From Octopus sinensis (Eukaryota), in NCBI RefSeq assembly GCF_006345805.1, contig NC_043018.1:8990001-9054000 (forward strand): 64,000 nt of DNA. The letters run 5' to 3'. Within the stretch, counting starts at the first letter, position 1. Every line of letters begins with the position of its first letter. Under the pieces are notes generated by a model. The model saw nothing but the letters and a program-made list of their open reading frames with translations. It was not told where the DNA came from and searched no databases. Shown here piece after piece: positions 1-13,235 of this stretch. The position numbers and the translations under genes were made by a program.

Positions 1-100
1 TGTATGGGAGAGAAGGCTAACTACACACTGCTGTGAAGATGGTTACTGAAAGCAAACCCCTTGTACGAAGCACCTGTGAATAAACGGTTATTGAATTTAA

Positions 101-310
101 GGCAGCGAGCTGGCAGAAACATTAGCATAGCGGCCGAAATGCATAGCCGTATTTCGTCTGCTGCTACGTTCTGAGTTCAAATTCTGCCGAGGTCGACTTA
201 TCCTTTCGGGGTCGATTAAATAAGTACCAGTTACGCACTGGGGTCGATGTAATTGACTTAATCCGTTTGTCCTCTCTATGTTTAGCCCCTTGTGGGTAGT
301 AAAGAAATAG
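101..310 (+). mobile_element. tRNA-derived SINE family A (ggcggcgagctggcag...gagttcaaatt...ccccttgtggg)
   Basis: B-box-like GAGTTCAAATTC. Further copies at ~1882-2297(-), 4529-4950(+), 36975-37350(-), 41000-41165(-), 42320-42510(-), 47137-47470(+) and 56690-56895(-). Confidence 0.85.
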
Positions 311-1222
311 GTTATTGAATTTACTCCACCTGAGGACTTCATTCTTCGTATTTCTAGCTCCTTGAATCAACAGAATAATTTATATTGGAAGAAGATACCC
401 CAGAAGTGTCATAAAAAAAACCTTCCTCCCATTATAAGTGTATCAAATTTCTTTTATATCTGCTTTTCTCCCTAGCAACTGCAATGTACCTGGCTTTTTA
501 GCAGATGAAATCTGTGACAAGCATATTTCTGCCTACCTAAATTCTGCTCAAATGTTTTTGTGTTTCAACACAAATGTATGACGACAAATATATCAGAGAA
601 TACACCTGATACGATATCTTTATCTTTTTATCGTTTACTTGTTTCAGTCATTAGACTATGGCCATGCTGGGGCACCACTTTGAAGAACTTTTAGTTGAAT
701 GAAGTGACCCCAGTGCCTATTTTGTTTTTCAAGCCTGGTTCTCATTCTATCTGTCTCTTTTGCTGAACTGCTAAGTTACAGCGATGTAAACATGCCAATG
801 GCGGTTGTCAAGCAGTGGCAGAGGACAAACACAGGTACAAAAACACACTCACGCACACATATATACATGATGGGCTTCTTTCAGTTTCCATCTACCAAAT
901 CCACTCACAAGGCTTTGGTCGGCCCGAGACACAGAGAGACCCTTTGTAAGAGTCACGACACAATGTGATGTATTAAGCAAATGGCACTTTAAGACTAACA
1001 TTTAAACTCATACTGGTATCATGTGTACGAGTTTGGTGAGTAGTACATGAGTTTGTATGTGGGAGTGGGGGGGGGTGTTTGAAAATGCACATTGTTATCA
1101 GAAAAGGAAGTAAGCAATCCGGGGATCAATTAGATGAAAGAAACTTTGCTACACTAAGTATAACAGGATCTTATGGGCTAAATATTCCACGAATTATATT
1201 GAAATAAATTCTGTGAATTAAG

Positions 1223-1261
<39 letters not shown>

Positions 1262-1289
1262 CCACACTCATGCATACTAATGTGTCTGT

Positions 1290-1432
1290 ATATATTGTCA
1301 ATAATAAAAGGGTAAAATTAATTAATTATTAATTAATTTTACCAAGTAGTGCTCAGTATGTAAAAAGACGATTTATGGTATATTTAAAACATTACGTTAT
1401 ATAATTAGGGTTCAGTAAAAAATGTAATGTTT

Positions 1433-1466
<34 letters not shown>

Positions 1467-1600
1467 TATGCACATATGTCCCTACCTACATACAAACATG
1501 TGAGTTGTATGTTCATATTTATATATAAATATCTTGTAACCGTTGGGTAGGAAGTAGGATGGAGAACTGAGAGATTTGGTGTATTTAACACAGTTTCATG
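1290..1600. repeat. ~310-bp inverted repeat, left copy
   Basis: Near-identical reverse complement of 3873-4183. Confidence 0.9.
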
Positions 1601-1881
1601 TAAGTACATGTATGTACTTACATGTACATACATGTAAGTGTGTTTGTATGTATGTGTGTGTGCGTGTCTGTTCCCTTTTGTTTTTCAATATTTGAGGTCT
1701 TCTTGTAAAGAAGGATCTGGTTTCTAACAAAGCTACAAAGCCCCCCCCCCCCTTGTTGAAATGTAGATAACAAAAGCAAATTCATATTTTAAACTTGAGA
1801 AAAGCTTTTCATACGTAACTTTACTGTTCTGCTCACAGATTGCATGGTAATGTGCAAGTTAGCTAGCAGATTACTTTGTCT

Positions 1882-2297
1882 TATTTCTTTACTGCCCACA
1901 AGGGGCTAAACATAGAGGGGACAAACAAGGACAGACAAAGGGATTAAGTCGATTACATCGACCCCAGTGCGTAACTGGTACTTATTTAATCGACCCATAA
2001 AGGATGAAAGGCAAAGTTGACCTCGGCGGAATTTGAACTCAGAACGTAGCAGCAGACGAAATACTTATTTCTTTACTACCCACAAGGGGCTAAACACAGA
2101 GGGGACAAACAAGGACAGACAAAGGGATTAAGTCGATTACATCGACCCCAGTGTGAAACTAGTACTTAAGTTATCGACCCCAAAAGGATGAAAGGCAAAG
2201 TCGACCTCAGCAGAATTTGAACTCAGAACGTAGCGGCAGATGAAATACAGCTAAGCATTTCGCCCAGCGTGCTAACCTTTCTGCCAGCTCGCCGCCT
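1882..2297 (-). mobile_element. SINE family A with internal tandem duplication of the body
   Basis: ~185-bp body repeated (1882-2065 and 2066-2250). Confidence 0.85.
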
Positions 2298-2451
2298 AAG
2301 GGTTTTTCTGCAAACCCTACCTTATCCAGATTGTCACTCAGTCATTTTCACACAGATATACATATACATGCACACATACATATGCACACACATATATACT
2401 AATATATAAATATAAATACATACACACACACACACACACACACATACTTAC

Positions 2452-2527
2452 CTTGTAACTTGTGAGTACGCTCTGACATGTCATCACCAACATCTCTATC
2501 CTCTTCCTAGTTACTCCTCCTACTCCT
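2452..2527 (-). CDS. Exon 14, phase 2-0, GVGGVTRKRIEMLVMTCQSVLTSYK
   Basis: Acceptor ttatattattatag|AGG, donor AAG|gtaagt, 76 nt; only this frame is open. Confidence 0.55.
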
Positions 2528-3872
2528 CTATAATAATATAAGACGGCCATCATCATCATCCTCCAGTTTAATGTATTTCGCTCATCTAATAAATTTTGTG
2601 TGCAGTGTGTGTGTGTGTGTGTGCACGTGCAAGTGTATGTGTGTGTGTATAGATGCAGGTATGGCTGTGCGGTAAGAAGTTTGCGTTTCAACCACATGGT
2701 TCTCGGTTCAGTCCTACAGCGTGGAACCTTGGACATTGCAGTTGCCATTGAGAAAAAATCTCTCTTATGGTAAAAAGGTGTGAAAACACCGGTTCATTCA
2801 ATGTTGTCCTCTATTAGGTATCTCAGACATTGATATTTTGAGTTTTTTGGCTCTTGTCAAGGCGTTAGGAAGGGCATCCAGCTGTAGAAACTCTGCCAGA
2901 TCAACATTGGAGCCTGGTGCAGCCATCTGGTTCCCCAGCTGGATGATTTGACTGAGGGCTGGGGAACCAGATGGCTGGACCAGGCTTCAATCTTGATCTG
3001 GCAGAGTTCCTACAGCTCGATGTCCTTCCTAATGCCAACCACTCCGAGAGTGTAGTGGGTGCTTTTTACATGCCACCGGCACGGGGGCCAGTCAGGTGGT
3101 ACTGGCAATGACCTCACTTGAATCTTTTTACACGTGCCACTGGCACAGGTGCCAGTAAGGTGATGCTGGTAACGATTACGCTCGAATGGTGCCCTTTTAC
3201 ATGCCACCGGCATGGAGGCCAGATAGCCGCTCTGGCAACGATCACGCTTGGATGGTGCTCTTAGCACCCTATTAACACGGGGCACAAGTGCCAGTAAAGC
3301 GACGCCGGTAACAATCACACTCGAATGGTGCCTTTTATGTACCACTGGCACAGAAGCCGGTTAGCCGCTCTAGGAGATTGGAAAAAAGATATTTTGGTAT
3401 TCTTTATTCCCCATTACACCTTCTCCATTTGCTAATGTGTGTGTCATCTTCAGTCGTCCTGACATTTGTGTGTTGACTGTAAACAGCCACCATTTATAAA
3501 AATAGTGTCAGTTGTTTGCAGTCTGCTGTGAAAACATGTCTCCCCATTGAGCTGTTCGTTATTTGAACATCTGGGAGGAGATATTAGTTTGCCTGGAAAC
3601 AAGCGCTGGTCAGCATGAAGCAAAGCATCTAGCTGCAGAAAACCTGCATCAACAGATTCAATCTGACACATGGAAGCAAGGAAAAAACAAAAGTAGAGGC
3701 TAAAAGTGATGATGAAGATAGTGGTGATGATGATGATGGTGTGTGTTTATGAAACTGTTCCGTTTTTCATATATTCCTACAAACTACTAATGCCAGACTG
3801 TGTTTGGTAAGCAACAGCAGAGAGAGAGAGTGACTGGCACCCTAATTATATGAAATCTTATCCAGTTCAATG

Positions 3873-4006
3873 CATGAAACTGTGTTAAATACACCAAATC
3901 TCTCAGTTCTCCATCCTACTTCCTACCCAACGGTTACAAGATATTTATATATAAATATGAACATACAACTCACATGTTTGTATGTAGGTAGGGACATATG
4001 TGCATA

Positions 4007-4038
<32 letters not shown>

Positions 4039-4183
4039 AAACATTACATTTTTTACTGAACCCTAATTATATAACGTAATGTTTTAAATATACCATAAAT
4101 CGTCTTTTTACATACTGAGCACTACTTGGTAAAATTAATTAATAATTAATTAATTTTACCCTTTTATTATTGACAATATATAT
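3873..4183. repeat. ~310-bp inverted repeat, right copy
   Basis: Near-identical reverse complement of 1290-1600; the ORF track shows the same peptide on opposite strands (1412-1633 and 3870-4079). Confidence 0.9.
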
Positions 4184-5079
4184 ATATACACACATACACA
4201 CACACACACAAAGTCCACATGGAGGCTTGTTTTTGTTGTGTGTGTGTGTGAGAGAGTGTGTATATGTATGCAGGCTTTGGGTGTGTGACTGATGTTGCTA
4301 GGGCAAGCCGCTTTTTTAAAATGTTGGGTGTGTCTGATTTACCCACAAATACACACACACACACACAGATATGTACAAACATGCAAAAATGTGTGTGCAC
4401 ATACACGTTTTTATACATTAAGCCCATAGACACTTATACATGTCTACATACACTCCCCCGCCTACACACACATGCACAGACATACACACACGCATACACA
4501 TCTTGTTGCCAATATTTCCAAGCCTTAAGGCAGCGAGCTGGCAGAAACGTTAGCACGCTGGGCGAAATGCTGAGCGGTATTTCATCTACCGCTATGTTCT
4601 GAGTTCAAATTCCGCCGAGGTCAACTTTGCCTTTCATCCTTTCGGTGTCGATTAAATAAGTACCAGTTACGAACTGGAGTCAAATAATCGACTTAATCAG
4701 TTAGTCTGTCCTTGTTTGTCCCCTCTATGTTTAGCCCCTTGTGGGCAGTAAAGAAATAAGAAATGTTAGTATGCCAGGCAAAATGCGTAGCGGTATTTTA
4801 TCTGTCTTTACGTTCTGAGTTCAAATCCCACCGAGGAAGACTTTGCCTTTCGTCCTTTCGGGATCGATACATTAAGTATTAATCTAATTGACTGGACCCC
4901 CTCCCCCAAAATTTCAGGCCTTGTGCCTAGAGTAGAAAAGATTATTGTCAAGCCTTTCTCTTGCCTTTCAGTATTCTTCATTTCACAATGAAGGGGAGCA
5001 CAAATCAAGACATGACACAGGTTGGCCAATACCTATACTGTTGGCATTATAAAATCAAAACTGCTGATAAGGGATAAAA

Positions 5080-5600
5080 TCACCTCCCTGGGGCTGTTCC
5101 TGAGGGTGAAAATGTAATGAGTCTTTGGGACTTTCCAGTACAAACAGACAGAACCATCAAAGCTAATAAACCACATATTGTTGTGCAAGACCAAAACAAT
5201 AAAGTCCTTGTGATCATAATATCTCAACAAAAGAATTTGACAAGCTCAGAAAAAAGATTTGCTAATTGAAATTTTTAAGATGTGGCATCCCAAGGCAGTT
5301 ACAATACCAGTGATTGTTGGAGTACTAGGAAGGATCAAAAAAGGAACTGAAAATTATTTAAGCATGACCCGTAGCTTACCATCCATACAAAAGGTGCAGA
5401 AGATTGTTTTTACTGGTACATTACACACATTGAGAAGAGCATTGTTGCCGTGAGAATGAGTACCACCCAGGCAAAATTTTATCTAACTTTTTCACATAAC
5501 TTTATAAATAAATAATCTTTGTCCTAAGTGTCAGGAAGACACCTGGCAAAACATGGAAACGAAAACTGAAAGAAGGAAAACTCATCCTGATAATAATACT
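5080..5600 (+). mobile_element. R4/Dong-type LINE 3' end (restriction-like endonuclease)
   Basis: LWDFPVQTDRTIKANKPHIVV, IPVIVGVLG and QKIVFTGTLHTLRRAL motifs; similar piece at ~56980-57280. Confidence 0.65.
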
Positions 5601-6280
5601 GAGTAATGTTAAAGATAATCTCTTACCAGGAAACAGTGAAAACTAAAACTGAAAGCAATTATGAGGGCTGAGGACCAAGTGCCACTCATGTTTAAGTGGG
5701 ACTTGATGAAATGATGCTGTCACGATATGACTGGTGTTTGTGTTTATTTGATTGAAAGAGACAGAATTGCTATTTTCCCCTTAGAGACCTGGATGTCTTG
5801 GAGGTCACCATTTATGGAATCACAGCAAGGTTGGTGTGTGGTGTCTAAGCTTGCACGTGGCTATGGGGCAGATGGGAAACAGCATGGAGGAATGAAAGGC
5901 CAGATCATGTATCATTTGCACAAGAACAGGTGTTGACTGATGAGAAGGTAAATATGTCATTAGAGTATAGAAAGAGAAAGAAAGTGGAAGAAAACTGATC
6001 CCTGGGGCATGCCCCATGGGTGATAGAGTGCTGGATAGAAAGTGCTCTGTCAACACATAACATGCTGGGGTAGTCTAATAGAAAGCACCTGATCCAAGGT
6101 GCACACACACACACGCATACATGTGCGTACACACACACACACACACACACACACAATAACATTATACATTAATACCATACAAACGCACATAAATACATGA
6201 TCCTAACAACAGACTCACTTGATGTTGGATGTATACTGACCATTCCCCTTAAGAAAAAAAGACAGTTAAACAGGATAGTA

Positions 6281-6844
6281 TTGGGTTGTCTGGAAAGTTC
6301 ATGCCGATTTATAGCAGCTTACCTTTCGACTTATTTTAGAACATGGTTGAGTCCATAAAATAGGATTTGACTACACGTCCATTTAGAGCACAGTTTAAGC
6401 TATCTTTTCATGGAAGAAGGTTTATGTTCCTATAACCTGTGTTAATTCTGTAACCCTTTAAAATGGAAGATAAGAAAGTTCATTTTCGGCACTTGATGCT
6501 TTGGGAACCAAACAAAAATTGCTGCAGCTCGGCTGGGATGTTACCCCACCCTCCATATTCACCAGATATTGCTCCTTCGGATTTCCACTAATTCAGGTCT
6601 CTGCAGAATAATCTTAATGGTAAAAATTTCAATTCCTTGGATGACGTAAAAAGATACCTTGATGAATTCTTTGCCATGAAACCATCTCAATTCTGGGAAG
6701 AGGGTATTTTTAAGTTAAAGGAAAGATGGAGACGTATTGTGCAACAAAATGGTTCATATTTAGTTGATTAAAAATGTAATGGCAAGTATTTATTGACCTT
6801 TTTCTTTCCTTTAAAAATTGGCACGAACTTTCTGGACAACCCAA
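6281..6844 (+). mobile_element. Internally deleted mariner element with both TIRs and TA target duplication
   Basis: TA|ttgggttgtctggaaagttc...gaactttctggacaacccaa|TA. Internal frameshifted HPPYSPDIAPSDF...WEEGIFKLKERW transposase C-terminus. Confidence 0.9.
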
Positions 6845-7114
6845 TAGTTTGTCATACAGTATAAAATATTGTCATAATTATATTCTGAAAATTAAGCATT
6901 ATGCATTGTGCAGGAGGTAACAATTAATGGTTTCTAATTATTTTATGAGTAACATATATTAAAATAATGATGCCAGTGTGTTGTGGCTATATATAGAAAT
7001 TTATTCCTACAAAATTCTTAGAATAATGATTAACTGACCAAATCCTGTTTTTATTCATAGTAAATTATTCTCTCATCAACTTCAAGGTTGCCAGCATCCT
7101 TTTCTCTACAATAC

Positions 7115-7146
7115 TCAGTAGAGATGGGGACCACAAGCAAGAGATC
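7115..7146 (-). CDS. Tentative exon 13, phase 0-2, DLLLVVPIST(E)
   Basis: Acceptor ttttcttctaccccaaaccag|GAT; donor TGA|gtattg is moderate. Without this donor the frame runs to a stop (...ERIIYYE*), so it could be a terminal exon. Confidence 0.4.
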
Positions 7147-7174
7147 CTGGTTTGGGGTAGAAGAAAATACTCTT

Positions 7175-7570
7175 TTACTCTTTTACTTGTTTCAGTCATT
7201 TGACTGCGGCCATGCTGGAGCACCGCCTTTAATCGAGCAACTCGACCCCGGGACTTATTCTTTTGTAAGCCCAGTACTTATTCTATCGGTCTCTTTTGCC
7301 GAACCGCTAAGTGACGGGGACGTAAACACACCAGCATCGGTTGTCAAGCAATGCTAGGGGGACAAACACAGACACACAAACATATACACACATATATACA
7401 TATATACGACAGGCTTCTTTCAGTTTCCGTCTACCAAATCCACTCACAAGGCATTGGTCGGCCCAGGGCTATAGCAGAAGACACTTGCCCAAGATGCCAC
7501 GCAGTGGGACTGAACCCGGAACCATGTGGTTGGTTAGCAAGCTACTTACCACACAGCCACTCCTGCGCCT
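7175..7570 (-). mobile_element. SINE family B (tRNA head, CORE-like gcaccttgggcaagtg, internal (TA)/(TG) microsatellite, tail gactgaaacaagtaaaagag), full length
   Basis: Near-identical to copies at 29790-30195(-), 35070-35460(-), 41290-41735(-), 50160-50563(-) and 57405-57800(-); partial copies at 625-930, 15035-16390, 20740-20870, 23455-23690 and 58745-58895. Confidence 0.9.
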
Positions 7571-8086
7571 ATGATTTTATTCAACACATTCCCCTCTCAG
7601 ATTCACACACTTATTACAGAGGTCCTCCAAGCAGTTGGGCCTCCAAGCAGGCTGTAGGGACCTTGCTTGGTCCTGCCTGAGATTTCAAACCAAATCCACT
7701 CCCTTGTTGCTTGTTAAAACAAGTGGGAGGAGGTGTCCTTTGTTTGCCTCTCCACACCAGATGATTGATGGGAAACACTTGACCCCCAAGGACCTGTGCT
7801 GGTCAAGGAATGGTCAGTCCTTAGTTTATATAACAGAGAGCATGTCCTATCTCTCCCTCTTTTGTGTCAGCCATGACCAAGGAGCAACACTTCCCTTTGT
7901 ATTTCATTAGACATACAAGAAAGATGATGCCACCTTTATCCTTTCTCCCTCTCTTGTCAGCACCATGTATTCCTTACCCTTTCACTCTAACAGCAACTTC
8001 TACACCATCAACTACCAACCAAGGAGCCAACCTTTTTGTCACTGTCACTACAATCACTGCTGTCTCTCTTACCATTTATCGGCAAA

Positions 8087-8435
8087 TCTTTATATATAAA
8101 AGAGAAGTTGTGTGTCTGTCTCCTACAATTTAGATTCCTAACTACTCCCACATATCGAGCCCTTCTGGGTATTAGCGCACGTCTACAATGAGTCTACGAT
8201 TTTAAAAAAAATTTACCATAATTTTTTTCCATTTTAATGCATTTTTTTCGCTATTATATAAGGGAAGTAACTCTCTAAAAATGTCTACAATGAGTCAACG
8301 ATTTAAAAAAAAAGTTACCATAATTTTCCCCCATTTTTAGTGCATTTTTTTGCTATTTTTTGGCTATAACTCTCTAAAAATGCTTATATAGTTATTTCCC
8401 TTACAAACCCGAGCAACGCCGGGCGATACTGCTAG
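8087..8435 (+). mobile_element. Non-autonomous Helitron
   Basis: 5' A|TC start, 3' CCCG-agcaacgc-CGGG hairpin, then CTAG|T; insertion between A and T with no TSD. Confidence 0.8.
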
Positions 8436-8611
8436 TGAAGAAATATATATAAACAATATTTCTTCCTTCTTGGTGTTGATTCTTCGATGTTCTTCACTGG
8501 TTACTCTGACACAAGAACCTTCAAGTGTTACATCTACATGCTACATTTGGTAGTCAGCTACATCATGGCATGTCACTTCAGCCACTACAAAGCCTTTCAC
8601 GATACCCTTAG

Positions 8612-8817
8612 CCCTTTCATTACTGTATTTATTTTGAGATGCTCTCTGTTTCTTTCAATTACTTTAAATATAACAAAGAATTTAGTAAAATAACTTAGTC
8701 ATCATTTAGCTACTGTTAGGAACATAAACTGTGGAAGATTTTAATTCAAAACTTATGAAAACACGACATTTGTACTCAGAGCCAGAGCTGGTTTCAGCCG
8801 GGTTGGTAACGAAAGGG
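8612..8817. mobile_element. piggyBac-like MITE, sister of 25262-25483
   Basis: TTAG|CCCTTTC...GAAAGGG|TTAA with shared internal sequence. Confidence 0.72.
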
Positions 8818-9318
8818 TTAAAGCCAGTAACTTCTCAGTACCATCGTCATCATATAATCCAAACTCAGTATATGTGGTCACCACATACAACTCTGTTCGT
8901 TAGAGATACGTTAGTTATGTTAGCACTTTTAGTTTCCTTTTCTCACCACCATCACCCCGACCACACCACCACTCAAAATCTCTCGTGGAAGCATCATCCA
9001 ACCAAAATGCAAATATATGGGAAACTACCACCTGTATCATCTCTTGAGAAAGGTAGGAGAGTCCAGTTTGCTGGACATTGTTGTAGAGCTGAAAAAGAGG
9101 TAATTTCTACTCTTCTCCTCTGGAAGCCATCTGCACACTCTCCTACCCTGATGTAATCTCCAGGAGTACCGGCATCCAGCAACAGGACCTCCGTAATGCC
9201 ATGATGGACCGTGAAGTCTGGCGTAGCATGGTAAATTCCATTGTCTCGACCACGGTCGAACAATGATGAAATGATGATGACACCACCACTATCATCAACA
9301 TGGACCTATTTATTTTAC

Positions 9319-9375
9319 AGTAAATAATTTCCTTGTTTCTGTGTCTATATTTTTGCTGGAGTCTAAGCATTGTCC
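9319..9375 (-). CDS. Tentative exon 12, phase 0-0, GQCLDSSKNIDTETRKLFT
   Basis: Acceptor ttttattttgctgtgatttgaag|GGA, donor ACT|gtaaaa, 57 nt open. Confidence 0.45.
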
Positions 9376-11385
9376 CTTCAAATCACAGCAAAATAAAAGA
9401 CAAGTCTATGTACCATGTAAGGGTTCAGTCCCACCACTTGGTCCACAACCCAACTCATTAATTAAGTTTATTTCTTATATTATTTACCACGAACTGAGCA
9501 AGAGGTCAATTAGGTCAGCTATACTTCTTGGTCCACTACCTGACTCATTATCTCATTCACCATGTGGTCAATTAGGCTCCCTGAGGCCACTATGTTTATT
9601 TCTCATATTATTCACCACGAACTGCATAAGTGACCAATTAGGCCAGCAGACCACTTGGTCCACCACTTGACTCATTACTTCATTCACATTGTAGCCAATT
9701 AGGTCCTTCATGGCTGATGCAGGTGTCACATAACTGGTGGCATGTAAAAGGCACCTGTGCCAGTGTTTTACCAGTTCAGTGCCATGGTCTACCAGTTCCG
9801 GTCAAACTGTCTAACCCAAGCCAGCACAGAAAGTGGATGCTAAATGATGATGATGATACATTTCAACTTGGTGAACATATGTTGACCTCCTCTTAAACCA
9901 GCCTATCGTCTGATGCCTCTGTTTTTCCACCTGTTTTTCCACTGGTTGGTGGAATTTTGGCAACAGCCACAGAGTATGTATGGTAGGTGGCGGGGGGGGG
10001 GGGTCTTATGGTCAGATCTTCTCACTTGCTCACCCTACAACATGCTAAGTATAACTCATGTATGTGCTCTTGGGCTTTTTCCATGAAATTTGTGGTTGTC
10101 ATAATTTTGGTCTGTGAAAATGAAAGAAAAAAACTGAAAACCTAAAACAGATCCTGTTTCGAAAGAAAAGATTTAAACAGGAGATAAATCACAACACAAG
10201 AGACATAACTAAAATCTGAAACAAAGGAAGGAAATTATATAGAAATTTCGAAATTCAATAGAAACAGGATCTTAAAATCACAAAATAGATATTTTTGTCA
10301 ACAGGTGAAGTGTAAAGCATGGAAAATCAATCAATTCAAATAGAATAGAATTTAACAATAGAAACAGGTGGGAAATTCACCAAATAAAGAAAATACAGAA
10401 ACGTTTTGGAGAAAAATAAAAGAAGTAGAAAAGCTTTCATTGAATAAAGAAACTGAACTATAAAGCAGAACAAAAACCACCAAACGAATAAGAAGATATG
10501 AAGGTAACATAAAGGTAACATAAGGGGAACCATATTAGGACAAAAGTAACTGGGGATCATCATCATCATCGTTTAGCGTCCGCTTTCCATGCTAGCATGG
10601 GTTGGACGGTTCAACTGGGGTCTGGGAAGCCAGAAGGCTGCACCAGGCCCAGTCTGATCTGGCAATGTTTTTACAGCTGGATGCCCTTCCTAACGCCAAC
10701 CACTCCGTGAGTGTAGTGGGTGCTTTTTACGTACCACCAGCACAGTTGCCAGGCGAGGCTGGCAACGGCCACGATCGGATGGTGCTTTTTACGTGCCACC
10801 GGCACAGAGGCCAGTCGGGACTGGCAAACGGCCACAATCAGATGGTGCTTTTTACATGCCACTGGCACGGGGGCCAGACGAGGCTGGCAATGACCACAAT
10901 TGATGTGCCATTGGCACGGAGGCCAGTCGGGGCGGCGCTGGCAACGGCCACAATCGGATGGTTCGGCACTGGTATCACAGCTACAATTTCCATTAACAAA
11001 ATCCCAACATATCTTAGAGAAACTGAAATAAGCAGAATGTGGAATACTGGTAGCTACAAGAGCAGTCTGTTGTTTTAGTAATACTATAAGTTATGAAGTT
11101 TCCAGTATGGTGAAGGTGGGGAGGTTAAAGAATTTCTGGAAAACCTTAGACGTGTGAACTAAATCCTAATGGAGACGTGTCTGTACATGCGTCACTGAAT
11201 TCATTTCTAACTCACAACTTGCTGCCAGCATCTCTGTACTTGTAGGCTTCTCATAAACATTTAATTTAACCCTTGTTTTCTTTAACCACCAGACCTGAGA
11301 GTGTGGTACTCAGTCAAAAGCTTTTTTTCGGGTTGATGAATGTAAAGCATAGTGGTTTACTCATAGCTTAGAAAGCCTGTAGCCG

Positions 11386-11420
<35 letters not shown>

Positions 11421-11784
11421 TACAGGCATGGCTGTGTGGTAAGAAGCTTACTTCCCAACCACATGGTTCCGTGTTCAGTCCCACTGCATGGCACCTTGGG
11501 CAAATGTCTTCTACTATAGCCTTGGGCTAACCAAAGTCTTGTGAGTGGATTTGATAGACAGAAACTGAAAGAAACTCATCATATATATATATATATATAT
11601 ATAGGGAGAATCTACGAAAGAAACAAAAGACGAAGACAGGTGGTGTACAAAACAGACAGGTGTATTAGTATAACGCTCAGGAATAGAAAAAGTCTTTTAC
11701 GTTTTGAGCCTACGCTCTTCTACAGAAAAGGACACAGAAAGAAACAAGGAGAGAAAAAATGTGTGTAGTGGCTAACGATCTATC

Positions 11785-11816
<32 letters not shown>

Positions 11817-12810
11817 TATATATTATTACTATTATAATTATTAGGGAATATTACATCCGAGTACACAGGAAAAAGACATTCAAATTAGATGTACTAAAAT
11901 GAACATCTCTCAATATTTAAATTGTATAAATATATAAAAGTAGTTTTAGAGACAGAACCACCTTCAACTCAATCAACACTGAAAGATTTTATACCCAACC
12001 ACTCCATAAAATATTAAAAATTAAATCTTATACTAACTAAATCTATTCTGAATCCTGTATTTTCCGTTTATAAGACTACACATGTTTCATGATGTACTTG
12101 TTTTATTTTTGCCAGTTTACTAAAGCTACTCAAGCTGCTTAAGGTTGAAATCATCCATTTCATAAGACTTCAAGTCAGACCAAAATCTATGGCAAAGTGG
12201 AAGCAGATTTGTAATTTAAGCGCGGAAAATGGGTGCAAAATTTCAAAAATTAAGGCAAGATTTTTGAAGTTGAAAAAAATTTTCTCATTTTAACCTTTTA
12301 TTTTTTATTGTTTACAGTTTTCAATTTTTCTGAAAGAAATTTACAGCTGCATGTAGTCCATATTTAGGGCTTTCATTTGCAAGGTCAATCGTCGAAAAAT
12401 TCCCCAAATAAGTACTAAATTTAACAAAGAAATCCTTTTTTTCCTCATTTTTAATCGCTCAAATAGTGGCATGTACAAAAGGCAACTGTGCTTTCCATTG
12501 TCACTGCCTGATATTTATGATTGATCTTTCAAAATATTTCTTTCTCATCTTACTCAAGATCTTTTGTTTTTTATAAATGGGAGATAGATAAATAGAGAAA
12601 GATAGAGAGTAAGAGAAAGCGAGAGAGAGTCCGAGAGAAAGGAAGACTAAGAGAGTGGGAAAGTGAGAGAGAAAGGAGAGAGAAACAAAGAGGGAGAATG
12701 TGGTGATAAGAAACAGAAAGGAAGCAACAGAAAGTAACAACCACACCCTCACCCGTGTGTAGAGCGGGTCACCTTAAGCTAGTAAGTAATAAAACAGAGA
12801 AGGAACTTAC

Positions 12811-12885
12811 TTCATTCTCACCAATCTTTCGATGTTCCATCAAAAATGCCAGCATTCTGGAGACATCAAGAAGATCTGCATGTAC
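12811..12885 (-). CDS. Exon 11, phase 0-0, VHADLLDVSRMLAFLMEHRKIGENE
   Basis: Acceptor tctttctatatgtag|GTA, donor GAA|gtaagt, 75 nt; only phase 0 is open through the exon. Confidence 0.75.
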
Positions 12886-12999
12886 CTACATATAGAAAGA
12901 TAAATATATTAATTCAATCCCAGCTGTAGCTACTGATCACATTCAAAATACTGGTTTTCTAGTAAATACATTTATTAAAGAAAGTGTAGAACTCAACGA

Positions 13000-13235
13000 A
13001 AAGCTCTATCTGCGAAGATTTCATCTCAAACAAAGGAGAGGGGCTTTCTCCGTCCGGGTTGCGGATCCGTGGAATAAGCAGCCGGACGAGATAGTGAAGA
13101 TGCCGACGACCGCTCGGTTCAAAGTCTCCCTTGACCAGAAATGGCCGGAACTCTTTGCATGAACACCCTCCCTGTACATAACTCCATGTCCCTCTACATG
13201 GCCTTGCTTTTTGCTTTTTGAGCCAAAAAATTAAC
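13000..13235 (+). mobile_element. CR1-like LINE 3' end
   Basis: Decayed RRGAFSVRVADPWNK.PDEIV...FKVSLDQKW motif. Confidence 0.7.

Noticed and set aside
490-543. Candidate exon 15 (NLGRQKYACHRFHLLKSQ)
   Set aside because: Donor is acceptable, but the acceptor has no polypyrimidine tract; not supportable.
7088-7910. Recurrent ORFs such as FQSFDCGHAGAPP and RRHLPKVPRSGTEPGTMWLV seen throughout the ORF track
   Set aside because: Chance reading frames of SINE family B, repeated at each insertion.
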